A stretch of 64,000 nucleotides of DNA from Raja brachyura (taxonomy: Eukaryota): contig OY740794.1 in NCBI GenBank assembly GCA_963514005.1, forward strand, positions 14,384,001 through 14,448,000, given 5' to 3'. Under the pieces are notes generated by a model. That model searched no databases. It was not told the origin of the DNA and worked only from the letters and a program-made list of their open reading frames with translations. The position numbers and the translations under genes were made by a program. Shown piece after piece: positions 26,030 to 36,835 of the stretch; the first letter of the stretch is position 1, and each line of letters starts with the position of its first letter.

Positions 26030-26810
26030 AAAGTTTTAGTTTAGAGTAGTTTAGTTTATTGTCACATGTGCTGAGGTACAGTGCAGACGCATCTCGCACT
26101 CTGCTCACCCCACACTCTGCTCACCCCGCACCTTCAGTTTTCGGCCTCACTCAGCGGCTCTACGTCTGGCTCCGGCTTCACTCAACGGCTTCCGGTTCCA
26201 CTCAACAGCTCCCGGCTCGTCATGCTGGTTTCCGCAGAAGCAGCCCGCATGTTGCTCCCTCTGCACGTCGCTCTCTCCGCACGTTGCTCACTCTGCGTGC
26301 TGCTCTCTCCACACGCTGCTCATTCCACTCTCGCTCAACACACTCTGCTCGCTCCACTCCTTCAGCTTTATTCTCCTCGCCGCCGATGATTGACAGCGGG
26401 TGCCGGAAGGGGCTTTTTTAACGATTTTTAAACCTTCATAACTTTTGTACTATTCCACCAATCGGAACAAACCTTGTTGCACTTGCAGCACATGCGAATG
26501 GTGAGTAAGGTGGTGAAAAATCGCAGCGCTATCGGGTACCGTTTTTACGCAAATGTAAAAACAATGCAAACCGGAAGAGGACATGATGAAAGTTTTATGT
26601 ATATAGATTAAACCGTCCACAGTGTACAGATATAGTATAAAGGGAATAATGATTAGTGCAAGATAAAGTCCAGTTAAGTCAGATTATAGATAGTCCAAGG
26701 TCCTCCAATGAGCTAGATGGTAGGTCAGGACCGCTATTTATTTGGTGATAGGATGGTTCAATTGCCTGATAACAGCTGGGAAGAAACTGTCCCTGAATCT
26801 GGAATAATGT
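26030..26810 (-). mobile_element. Rex1/Babar 3' end interrupted by a Helitron-like insert (26083-26607)
   Basis: Tail motifs at 26030-26082 and 26608-26810. The insert begins TCTATATACATAAAAC on the minus strand. Confidence 0.6.
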
Positions 26811-28185
26811 GTCAAAGCTCGTGTGTGTGTGTGAGGTTGACTCCTTCATAAATTTGTCCATTGAAGCCCAGGACATAAATGCATCTACCTTTCCAATGTA
26901 TGCAAACTCTTAAATGCCAATATCTGAAAGAGTTACACATTGGGACCAAGAGCCCACTATCTGTGGAGGCAAGATTTGCACTGCTCAGGCACCGCAACAT
27001 TTTCCAAATATCCATAGGTTTTTTTTCCATGTCGTCAACTTAAAATGGTTCTGCGGGTTCCCTGAATAGAAAGAACCCATAATCTTAGGCTAGTCTCTTA
27101 AACACCAGTGATAAATATTGACAGGTAATTTCTAATGAGGCACATCTGCCAACCTGGTGTGTGTTTAAAGGTACGAGACATACACAATCATCCCACACTC
27201 TCCACTCAGCTGAAAACAAGCGACATTCTATTTACTCCTACAATACACAGCCATGCCATGTGAGCTGCTTTGAAACGTCCAGGCAATCCAGTACATTAAA
27301 GTGAGAGATTAAGAAATGGATGGCAACAATTTGTACCAAATTTTGGAAAATTGCACTAGTCAGCACACAGAACTGTCAAAGCCCAGTGCCACTTTCAATC
27401 AATTCTTGTCACTGAGACCAGCTGGAACTCTTGGGTATTGTCAAGGAACTTTGAAAAAACAGTCGAAAAGACGCTTAGGTTTGGCTGCCATGTCAGTGCG
27501 CTTGTTAAGCAAGTGTAGAGGCAGGCTCAATGAAGCATGCAAAGCAATGAAATGTGTTCTTTTGACCTTGCTGGAACTACTGCTAGCAGACCTGGTCCAG
27601 AGTAAAGGATCCAAAGGCTGGATCCAGCATGTGATGCCATTGTTAAATGTTTGTACTTCACTTCATAATTCATAAACAATGCCGTTGGAAGTGAGTTACA
27701 AGGTCATAGACACACTTTTAACAACAATGCTATCACACCCTGCACTGCACAAGATACTGGCTTTAATTGCGAGTGAATAGCATAATGGAGTTTTCTTGTG
27801 AACTGCAGTATTGAGTATCATTTGGTATCTTATACAAATGAGGTGCTCAGTGTTGAAAAATATAATGACTGCACCAGACTACAGGGTGCAGTCACTGGGT
27901 TCCTATTTGCAGTTTTGTGGCATGTCAGTGCCAGAGTAATCAATTACAAATTCACTGCTGGCGCAGATCTTTAGTCCCCAGGAATATTCATTGGGAAATG
28001 GGGTGAATGTGAGCTAAAATGGTATTTTAACTCAAATAGGTGATTAGTTATAAAACAGGGTCTATGCCCAGTTGCATTGTATGATGGGCACTATTAACCC
28101 CATTGGTACCTGCTTCAAGTCTAACATTGATGACAGTGCCACAGTTTGTGAAATGTATCCACAAAATTATAAAAGCACTTAGAAA

Positions 28186-29005
28186 CACCTGTCCCACTTG
28201 CGCGACTTTTTAGACGACTACGGGACTGTAGGTTGCCGCATGTTCGCAGGAGGTTGCAGGGTGTCGCCTGCATGGTGGTGAGTAGTTCCCACATTCTCGT
28301 AACCAGGCGCGGCTTCATTCCGGTCGCCGCTAATTTTTCAACATGTCACCCAAAAATTAGCGGCGGCCAGAATTTTGATGACACGGAGAGTAGCGAGAAT
28401 TCTCATGCCGTAGTTGCAGTGGTAGTGGGTTGCCAGGAAGTCGTAGGTTGTCGTAGGTTCGCGTAGGTCGTCACCAGTGCTGCCTGGTGAATTTCATTGG
28501 ATCATCGGGAAATAAAAACGTAAGCAGTAGTTTTCAGAACCAAGGATAACCGACCGGTAATGTTAATGTCCACCGAGCTTCACAGCCGTGTATCTGGCTT
28601 CTTAAAGGTTGTCTCAGCCGTGTATCTGGCTTCTTAAAGGTTGTCTCCACTCCTTCACCCCCCTGCTCCCTCTTCTCTCCCCCCCCTCCTTCCCCTCTTT
28701 TAAAGGACTTATGTGCCCCTTCCCGTACACTGTGTTTCACCGTTTTAATTACAGCGCCAACCTTCCTGTTCATCGTGGTGTGTGTCTGCATCACATTGGC
28801 TTTGCACCGTGTGAATGTCACTCAGACAGCACTCCCCCCGCTTGCCCTGTCCCCCACCTGCATAACTGACTGGTGATGAAAGCGATGTGTGTGTTCCACT
28901 CTGACAGTTCCGGGCGCCGTTCCAGTTGTCGGTTTTTCAGCGACCTGCCACGACTTGATAGTCGCCAGCGGTCGCCTGAAAAATCACTTTAGTGGGACAG
29001 GCCCA
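28186..29005. mobile_element. Non-autonomous DNA transposon (MITE) with CCTGTCCCACT TIRs
   Basis: CCTGTCCCACTTGCGCGACTTTTTAGACGAC at left, GTCGCCTGAAAAATCACTTTAGTGGGACAGG at right. Internal 32-bp tandem duplication at 28583-28646. Confidence 0.8.
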
Positions 29006-29049
29006 TAAAGAAGAAGGTGATCCATCCCATTGAGAGCAGCTTGGGTTTC

Positions 29050-31520
29050 TGCAAGGCTGCCCCATTTGATCCCATTACCCAATTCCATCCCTAAAATCTT
29101 GTGATTTTTTTTCTTCTTCAAGTGTTTCTTTTCTTCTTCATGTGGGATGATTGCGTATGTCTAGTGCCTTTAAACACTTCTGATTCCTTTCTGTAACTTT
29201 AATTAGAAATGGCTTCCGCTACCTTTCCAGGTATTGAATTTTAGATCATAGCTGCCTGCTGTATGAAAATGGTTTGCCCCTTTGCTAATTCCATTAAATC
29301 GGGGTCTGGACCCAGTAGCATTGAGATCATTTCCTCATTAATTTCATGATTTTGAGCAATCTTATCAAATCATCTAAGAAATTTCTCAGCTCTGAGGATA
29401 GCAACACACACCTTCCCGGTTAGGAGCCCAATGCAGCAGTTGCAAATGAACCAATCTTTTGTATTGTTTCAAAATAACGCCATTGATTTAATGGATTATA
29501 CCTTCACTTATAAAGTCAAGGATCCCACATGCCTTTTAAATCACTTCCAAAGGCTTGTGCATATATATACCTCCAGGTCTCTCTGTTTTTTATAACTTTC
29601 CTCCTCTTTCTTCCTACCAAAATATATTACATAACATTTCATCAACAGTTTCCCTATTTGTTAAGTAGCCAAGCCTTAATCTAGAGTATAAGCCCTGTCC
29701 CATGGTACGAGATCATTCCAAGAGCTCTCCCGAGTTTAAAAAAAATCAAACTCGTGGTAAGCACGGAGAATTAATGTAGCGGGTATGTCGGAGCTCGGGG
29801 ACGTCTCTTAGCGGCTCGTAATGCTAACGGCAGGTACTCGGGAAGACTCGCTAATGGCAGATAAGCACGGGAAGACTCGTGAAGATTTTTCAACATGATG
29901 GAAAATGTCCACGAAACCCCCGAGTACCGACGAGCGGCCATTACCGTAAATCTCCGAGTTCAAATCAGGGCAAACTCGGGAGAGCTCTTGGAATGAACAC
30001 GTAGCGTGGGACAGGGCTTTCAGTACTCCCTACTCAAACTACACTGTGAGAGCCCCTTCACCAGATGGGTTGCTCTGATTTAATTAACATCTTCACTTAG
30101 ATCCTCTCAAGGACGATAAGGGATGGCCAATGAACACAGAACAGTTACAAATGTCTACATGCTCTGAATGAATAGAAATAGATCTATCGCTCACATTTTC
30201 ATAATTTACTACAATTCCATGTTTTCTTTCAATTACAAATTTTACAAAAACCAAATCCAAATCAAGATGTAATTTAACACTTTCCCACTTCCTACAATCA
30301 ACCTGCCTTTGTATTGTCCTCTCCCTTTTTCTGTTTAACCTTGCTGACAATCTTTCTTCATCCAAGGAGCTTTGTGTTTGGTTGCCCTATCTTTCCCCCT
30401 GGTGGGAACATACCCAAACTACCCACACCAACTCTTTTTCAAAGACTGTCCATTGTTTAGCCTGCCAATTTCTGATTCCAATTTACCTTGGCCAGATCTT
30501 CTCTCAGCCCACTGAATTTGGCCATTCTTCAATTATCATTGTGCATAGCTAATCTAAACCTCATGATACATTAATTATCGTTCTCCCCACTGGCATTTGA
30601 TCCAATTGACCCACCTTATTCCCCAGCATTAGATCCCAAAATGTCTTGTTCCTCAAGCGATGTGATGAACTGGTCGACAAGGGTCTCTTGAGCACACTTC
30701 AGAAATTCAGTGCTCTCTTTGTCCTTCAGGCTATCACTAGTCTAGTCAGTATTAGGATGGTTCTTGTCCCATAAAATCACTGATCCATAGTTCTTACACA
30801 TTTCTGTGACTACCCTGCAAATTGCCTCCACTATATATTCCTCATGAGTTGTTGGGCTGCAACATGGCACCTCCATTATTAGTTAACTCAAGCCAGATAG
30901 ACTTCTCTAAAGCATTGCAATAGTCCTTTAATCTATCCAATGACACATCTTCATTTCTTATTTTGTTTCCAAGTAAATGTATTTGCCAATCTTCTTTTTT
31001 CAAGTCTCTATTATCACCATGACATTTTAATCTCAACTCATCAGGTCTCCAATCCTAGTTGCCTTGTCTACAGCCATCTGGAACCATTTTGTATTTCACT
31101 GCTGAACTGTAGTGCTTTCTGCATCTTCCAAACCCTTAAGCACATACTGCAGTTTCTCCTTTACATTATTTCATCTCGATGAACATTTTTTCCAAATTAA
31201 TTTAAACCCTTTGCGTGGCATTACAAAATATCCTATACACCTCCCATGAGGGACTCTGGGGCCATGAGGGAGTCTGGCCCCAGTTTTTCAAGGTACAACT
31301 TGTTTAGCCTGAACAAGTCTCACATTCTACAAAGCTGCTGCAATGCCTCAAGAAGATACAATCCTCCCTCTTGCATCACCTATCAGCCCCATACTCTCCT
31401 CACTCAGCGAGTGGCACTGGAGCTGATCCAGACATTGCCGTCTATGAGGTTCAATGTTTTAATCTCTTCAGGTTCCCTGAATTCTGGATGCAGGACCTTG
31501 TCCATTTTCTTACCCATGCT
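29050..31520 (-). mobile_element. Highly decayed long CR1 remnant (ORF1, endonuclease and 3' pieces)
   Basis: KSIWLELTNNGG resembles the CR1 endonuclease ESIWLELRN. 31300-31500 resembles the CR1 ORF1 esterase region. 29050-29650 resembles the 3' end. Confidence 0.5.
29690..30019. mobile_element. MITE with about 48-bp TIRs AAGCCCTGTCCCA...
   Basis: AAGCCCTGTCCCATGGTACGAGATCATTCCAAGAGCTCTCCCGAGTTT versus AAACTCGGGAGAGCTCTTGGAATGAACACGTAGCGTGGGACAGGGCTT. Confidence 0.88.
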
Positions 31521-31529
31521 GTTGGAAAT

Positions 31530-31992
31530 GAGTAGGAAGGAACTGCAGATGCTGGTTTGCACCGAAGATAGACACAAAATGCTGAAGTAACTCAATGGGT
31601 CAGGCAGCATCTCTGGAGAGAGGGAATGGGTGAGTTTTTCAGGTCTGCAGAAGGGTCTCGACCCAAACCGTCGCCCATCTCTCCAGAGATGCTGCCAGAC
31701 CCGCGAAGTTACTCCAGCACTTTGTTCTTGTCTATTGGAAATGTTGTGGATTGCGACCTTCATCTGGTGAAGCTCATTCCTCAGAATGTTTTGCAGATAC
31801 TTAGATATCTCAGACCCCAGAAACAAATTTGCAGCCATGGAATTATCTGTCTGCTGCCAAACTGCTGCCAATCCCAAGAAGGGTCCTGACCCGAAACATC
31901 AGAGGCATTTTCTCCAGAAATGCTGCCTGACCCACTGAGTTATTCCAGCGTTTTGCGTCTAGCTTTCCCATAATTCTTAGGTTTTGCAGCTT
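31530..31992. mobile_element. Penelope-like termini: palindrome at 31530-31735 plus single arm at 31875-31992
   Basis: Same arm consensus as 4543-4781. Confidence 0.8.
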
Positions 31993-32057
31993 TATTCCAC
32001 ACTCCTGCCAAATCCAGATAGCCATGCTCAAAAACTGATAGCCTGTGAACAACTGTT

Positions 32058-32346
32058 AGATTTCACTTTAGAGATACAGCATTGAAACAGGCCCTTCGGC
32101 CCACCGAGTCTGCGCCGACCGACGATCACCCCATACACTAGCACTACCCTACACACTAGAAACAATTTACACAAGCCAATTAATTTACAAACCTGTACTT
32201 TGGAATGTGGGAGGCAACCAGAGCACCTGGAGAAAACCCACACGGTCACAGGAAAAACATAAAAAATTCATACAGACAGCACCTGTAGTCAGGATCGAAC
32301 CCTGGTCTCTGGCACTGTAAGGCAGCAACTCTACGGCTGCACCACT
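32058..32346 (-). mobile_element. HE1-like V-SINE, full length
   Basis: Tail, V domain and B box on the reverse strand. Confidence 0.9.
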
Positions 32347-32544
32347 TGGTAGCAGAGGGCGGTTAATCCTGTGAGTTATATCTCTCCTGTATCTCGGCCT
32401 ATCTTGAACTGCGAATTAATAGCAGTGATAGTTGACCCAAAATATGAGCCAGAAATCTCCCCTGCGCTATTCACTTGTATTATTGCTGAGTTAAAAATCA
32501 AAATTGTATTCTTCGGACAATATGAGATCAATGAAAACAAGAGA

Positions 32545-33155
32545 GGCAGCAGATTCTGCAATGTGGAATGAAAATCAGAACACTGCAGGAACTCAGCAGA
32601 TTACGTAACTTCTGTGGAAACAAAACCTCTAAGTCAATGTCTGTGGTTGAGAGCCTACATCAGGGCTAACATGGAAGAGGATGGATTGTCAATATATAGC
32701 TGATTGAGGAAAGGCCTCACTGCTATGGAAGGACAATCTTTCTTCTTCCCACTCAGTCCTAATCCAGGGTCCATACCCAAAACGTTAACTTACACCTTTC
32801 ACCACCACAGATACCGCTTGACCCTTTGAGTTCTTACAGCATTCAATTTTAATTATGAGATCAATACTTACTCTGTGTTTGCACTTGTCATTTCCCTCAT
32901 TTAAGTTCTGCGTTACTTTTTCATGACTGGTCTTCAGGTGAAGGAAATTCTATTTTTCTTTCCTCTAAATTTATCTGAAGTGGACAATTTCTTACAGTCA
33001 TCAACATTTCTAAAATGTAGATATGGAGAACTGCAGGTGCTGGTTTAAACCCAACTAACTCCTGGAGTAACTCAGCGGGTCAGGCAGCATCTCTGAGGAA
33101 AAGGGATAGGTGACCTTTCTGCTCAGTTATCCCAGCACTTTGTGTCTATCTTCAC
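32545..33155. mobile_element. Two palindromic Penelope-like terminus pairs (older 32545-32850, younger 33025-33155)
   Basis: GAACTCAGC/GAGTTCT arms and GGAGTAACTCAGCGGGTCAGGCAGCATCTCTG arm. Confidence 0.65.
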
Positions 33156-35039
33156 TATTTCTAAACTTCTGCAGTTCCCGAAAATTAGCACACAGAAGGA
33201 AATAGAGCTGCCTACATTCATTAGGGGGGGTGCCTTCAACATCTTAATATCATTTCTGCAGTGAATATGTGTTTTAAATTATTTCCATCGTTGAATAGAT
33301 AGCATGAGACATTATTAGCGGTGAAATAGATGTCACAATTGAATACAGAATTACAATATTCTTTATTAGTCAGATTGCCAGAAGTACTGCTGCATGTTGA
33401 GAAACAAGTTTTATGTGCAAGAACATACGCAGACACACATCCAAGAGTATTTACACAATGCAGCAGAATGAACCCCTAAGACTTTGGCTGCTCACCGTTG
33501 AGGTTTTAAAATGTTTAGCCCTGGTCATTGTTATTTATACATAGCATTTCCCTAGTGATAAACAAGACACTATTTTCCCATGCCATACACAGGGACACTC
33601 CCAAGATAGCTAGACTTCATGTCTAGACTGGAGCATTTTCTTGACCTGCCATGTGGGCAGCTGGCCTGGCCAGATTATTCTATCATTGAGTTTTATTAAC
33701 TATGTTTATCTGTTTTTATTAGATAGTAGATCAAGTGGGTGTTTTGGAAATTTTAAATTGTTTGGGCTATCTAACTAATCTGGAAATTCTTTTATTCTCC
33801 CCTTAAGACACATTTTAGGCAATAATAAGAGTATCTCGGTTTTCCAAAAATAAATTCATTCAATAGAAGTTAAATTGTGTTGCACGTTAGCTGAAGAAGG
33901 GTACATTGAGGTTTATAGCATGGACCTGAGGGGCCAAGTGGTCTTTTTTACAATATAAATGCTTCTTAATACACCCTTCAATACTAACGCTTTATATGAA
34001 TGTTTAATCCCTGTCCTGACATTACAATGCTAATTTCTAACACTTTATGTGAACTCAACTTTTCCAAAGATTCTTTTGTATTCCTGAGCTAACAAAAGAG
34101 AATATCAAGGCACGGCAACCTGTATCAGAGAAACCCACACCGTGCTTTTACAAAGTGAGCTTACTTACTTATAAAGTAAGCTTTATTTTAAAGAAGTTGA
34201 AGGAAGAAAGCAGGAAAAAACTCAGAGAAAATGCAGATTTGCCAGCATCATTCCAAGCAATCAAACTCCAGGCCTGTTTACATTGCCCTACAGCAATTAT
34301 GCCTCATGTCCCTCCATTTACCATAGTTAATGCACCATGCACACTTGCATTAATTTCCACCTCAACTGGATCCATGCTCTTAATGTTAGACTCTCGAGTA
34401 AACTCACTAGCTGCCACCTTGATGCCTTTTGAGGGACTCTGCCCCTTCACTCTGAATTCCAGTTTGATATCATGCACTGGATAGCAACATGAAAAAGTGC
34501 AAATCACCCAAAAACCTGATTTTTCTTTTCACGTGCTGTTTTCATGTTACAGGGCTGATTGATACGTTGAGGTGAATGGTATAAATTATATCATACACGA
34601 TCTGAAACGCAGCAGGCTTATTGTGTTCCAGCACAAGTACAAGGTAAGAGTGCAATGAAATGCTTGGGCTATTTCATAAATGGCATCAGATTTAGAATGG
34701 ATTATTTCAGCTACACCATGCATGATGCCAACTCAATTATGTTGTGCCACATGGGGAGGCAGTAGAGTTCGGTTATAGTGTGCACTCACAATAAGAGCGC
34801 AAAATATTTGTGTTGTTCATAGGAATGTTATGTAATCTTGACCTATAACCTTTCTTCAGGAATTTTACCTATCATCCGCATCATCCTTGTCAGGTACTTT
34901 GTTATTTAATAGAATACAGTAGAACCTGATAAATTTGTACATCCGAGATGTCCTTCAGATTCATTAAGTGCATGATTTCTGTGGTACCAGTTGAGCACTT
35001 TCCTATGTTTCTCTAATCCTAAGTGACATGTCCAAGAGG

Positions 35040-35745
35040 ACTGGAATACAAAAACAGAGATGTAATGCTGAGGCTCCATAAGGTGCTGGTCAGGCTGCAT
35101 TTGGAATACGGTGGGAAGTTTTGATCCTGCTGTGAGGGGATGTTTTGTGTTGAATTTCTGTCTACTCTGTGTTGTGTTCTTTATTTTTGGCTGTACGGTG
35201 ACTTCATTTCACTGTGCCAATTGGCACATGTGACAAATAAAATCTATCTGCATCTGTATCTGTATCCATGAGCAAATTTGGGCCCCATATCTGAAGAAGG
35301 GTGTGCCGGCTCTGGAGAGGGTCCAGAGGAGGTTTACAAGAATGATTCCAGGAATGAGCGGGTTAGCATATGATGAGCGTTTGATGGCACTTGGGCCCTA
35401 CTCGCTGAAGTTTAGAAGATTGAGGGGGAACCTCATTGAAACTTACAGAATAATGAAAGACATAGATAGAGTGGATGTGGAAAGGATTTCTCCACTTGTG
35501 GGAGAGTCTAGGACCAGAGGTCATAGCCTTAGAATTAAAGGGCTCTCTTTTAGAAAGGATGTGAGGAGGAGGGTCAGAGGGTAGTTAATCTGTGGAACTC
35601 ATTGCCACAGAGGGCAGGTCGGGTGTCAAAGGTTTTGGGGCAAGTCAGGAAAATGGGATTAGGAGGCAGAGATCAGCCATGATTGAATGGCGGAGTAGAC
35701 TGGATGGCGGAATGGCCTAATTCTTCTCCTATAACTTGTGAACTT
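35040..35745 (+). mobile_element. CR1 LINE 3' fragment with a short insert at about 35120-35268
   Basis: ORF 35303-35584: ALERVQRRFTRMIPGMSGLAYDERL...GESRTRGHSLRIKG. Confidence 0.9.
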
Positions 35746-36227
35746 GTATGCTTGTGAACATTTGCACCAGCAATAAAAGCCAAAGTATCTATGAGCACAC
35801 ACACACATATATATATATATATATAAAGGCATATGAGCATCCTACTTGGCTTAATATTGCAGTACATCCTGAATTTAGAATGAAATCAAGGGCTTAGAAT
35901 CCAATTCTGAACAAGGGCACCAGATCTGAAACATTAACTGTTTCTCTTTCCACATATGCTGCCTGACCTGCTGTTTTACCAGTATTTTCTGTTTTCGTAT
36001 TGCAGGAAATAACATGTTTCTCACCAACTACAAGAGACTTAGTAATTTACTGTATGTACAGTAGTAGATTGCAACAATTCATATTTTACATCTGTTATCA
36101 CTGCATTCATATTAATGCCTTAGTAATATTTGTTCACATTTTTAGGAATTTTTTGCAGGTAATTTTTAGGTGATTTTCCAAATGTACGCGTTGAATATTC
36201 GGTCATTTAGAAATATTACTAACACGT

Positions 36228-36352
36228 ACACAGGTGTCAGGGGCGAGGGCAGGAGAATGGGGTTGAGAGGGAAAGATAGAGCAGCCGCGATTGAATGGGG
36301 AAGGAGACATGATGGGCCGAATGGCCTAATTCTTCTCCTGTCACATGAAATT
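36228..36352 (+). mobile_element. CR1 3' tail
   Basis: GCAGGAGAATGGGGTTGAG...GATGGGCCGAATGGCCTAATTCT. Confidence 0.75.
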
Positions 36353-36439
36353 ATGCAAAGAGACGTTCAGCATGTATTTACAGATATGGTTCCTGACATC
36401 AAATAACAGTGAATATTGGTCAGAGAAACATATTGCTAT

Positions 36440-36835
36440 CATCAGGCGTAGCGTTCTATCTCCGAGTCAGATGGTTGTGAAGTCAACCAATGCCCCAAAG
36501 ATGTGAATGGAAAATCCACATGGCACTCCAAGGCAATATGGGAGAGGACTGCTACTCTTTCAGAGAAGCCAGCTGTCAGGTGACAAGCTCAAGTGAGGAT
36601 ATGCCTACAAGGTTGAAAAGTAATTTTGCTAAGAAGTGGAAGGTAGTTAGTTCTCCCTGACATCTGAGTCGATTTTATCTCTCAGTCGACTCCAACAAAA
36701 AGGTGCTAATCAGCATCACATGAATGTGGGCGTTTGACTGCCATACTTCCTCCGTTCCACTTCAAACATATGTTGTTGGCTACAACATACATTGGGATAT
36801 TCTGCGGTTGTGAATGGTGCTGTATAAATGCTTTT
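36440..36835 (+). mobile_element. Deu-domain SINE (SacSINE1-like), decayed
   Basis: Head CTCCGAGTCAGATGGTTGTG, Deu-like core, tail CACTTCAAA...TTGGCT...TGGGATATTCTGCGGTTGTGAATGGTGCTGTATAAATGC. Confidence 0.65.

Noticed and set aside
32376-32561. Minus-strand ORF with GEISGSYFGSTITAIN (integrin FG-GAP-like) and FKIGRDTGEI (cadherin-like)
   Set aside because: Short, lacks the DxDxDG motif, ends in a stop, is wedged between repeats and has no supporting neighbouring exons. A BLASTX/HMMER hit would be needed to revive it.
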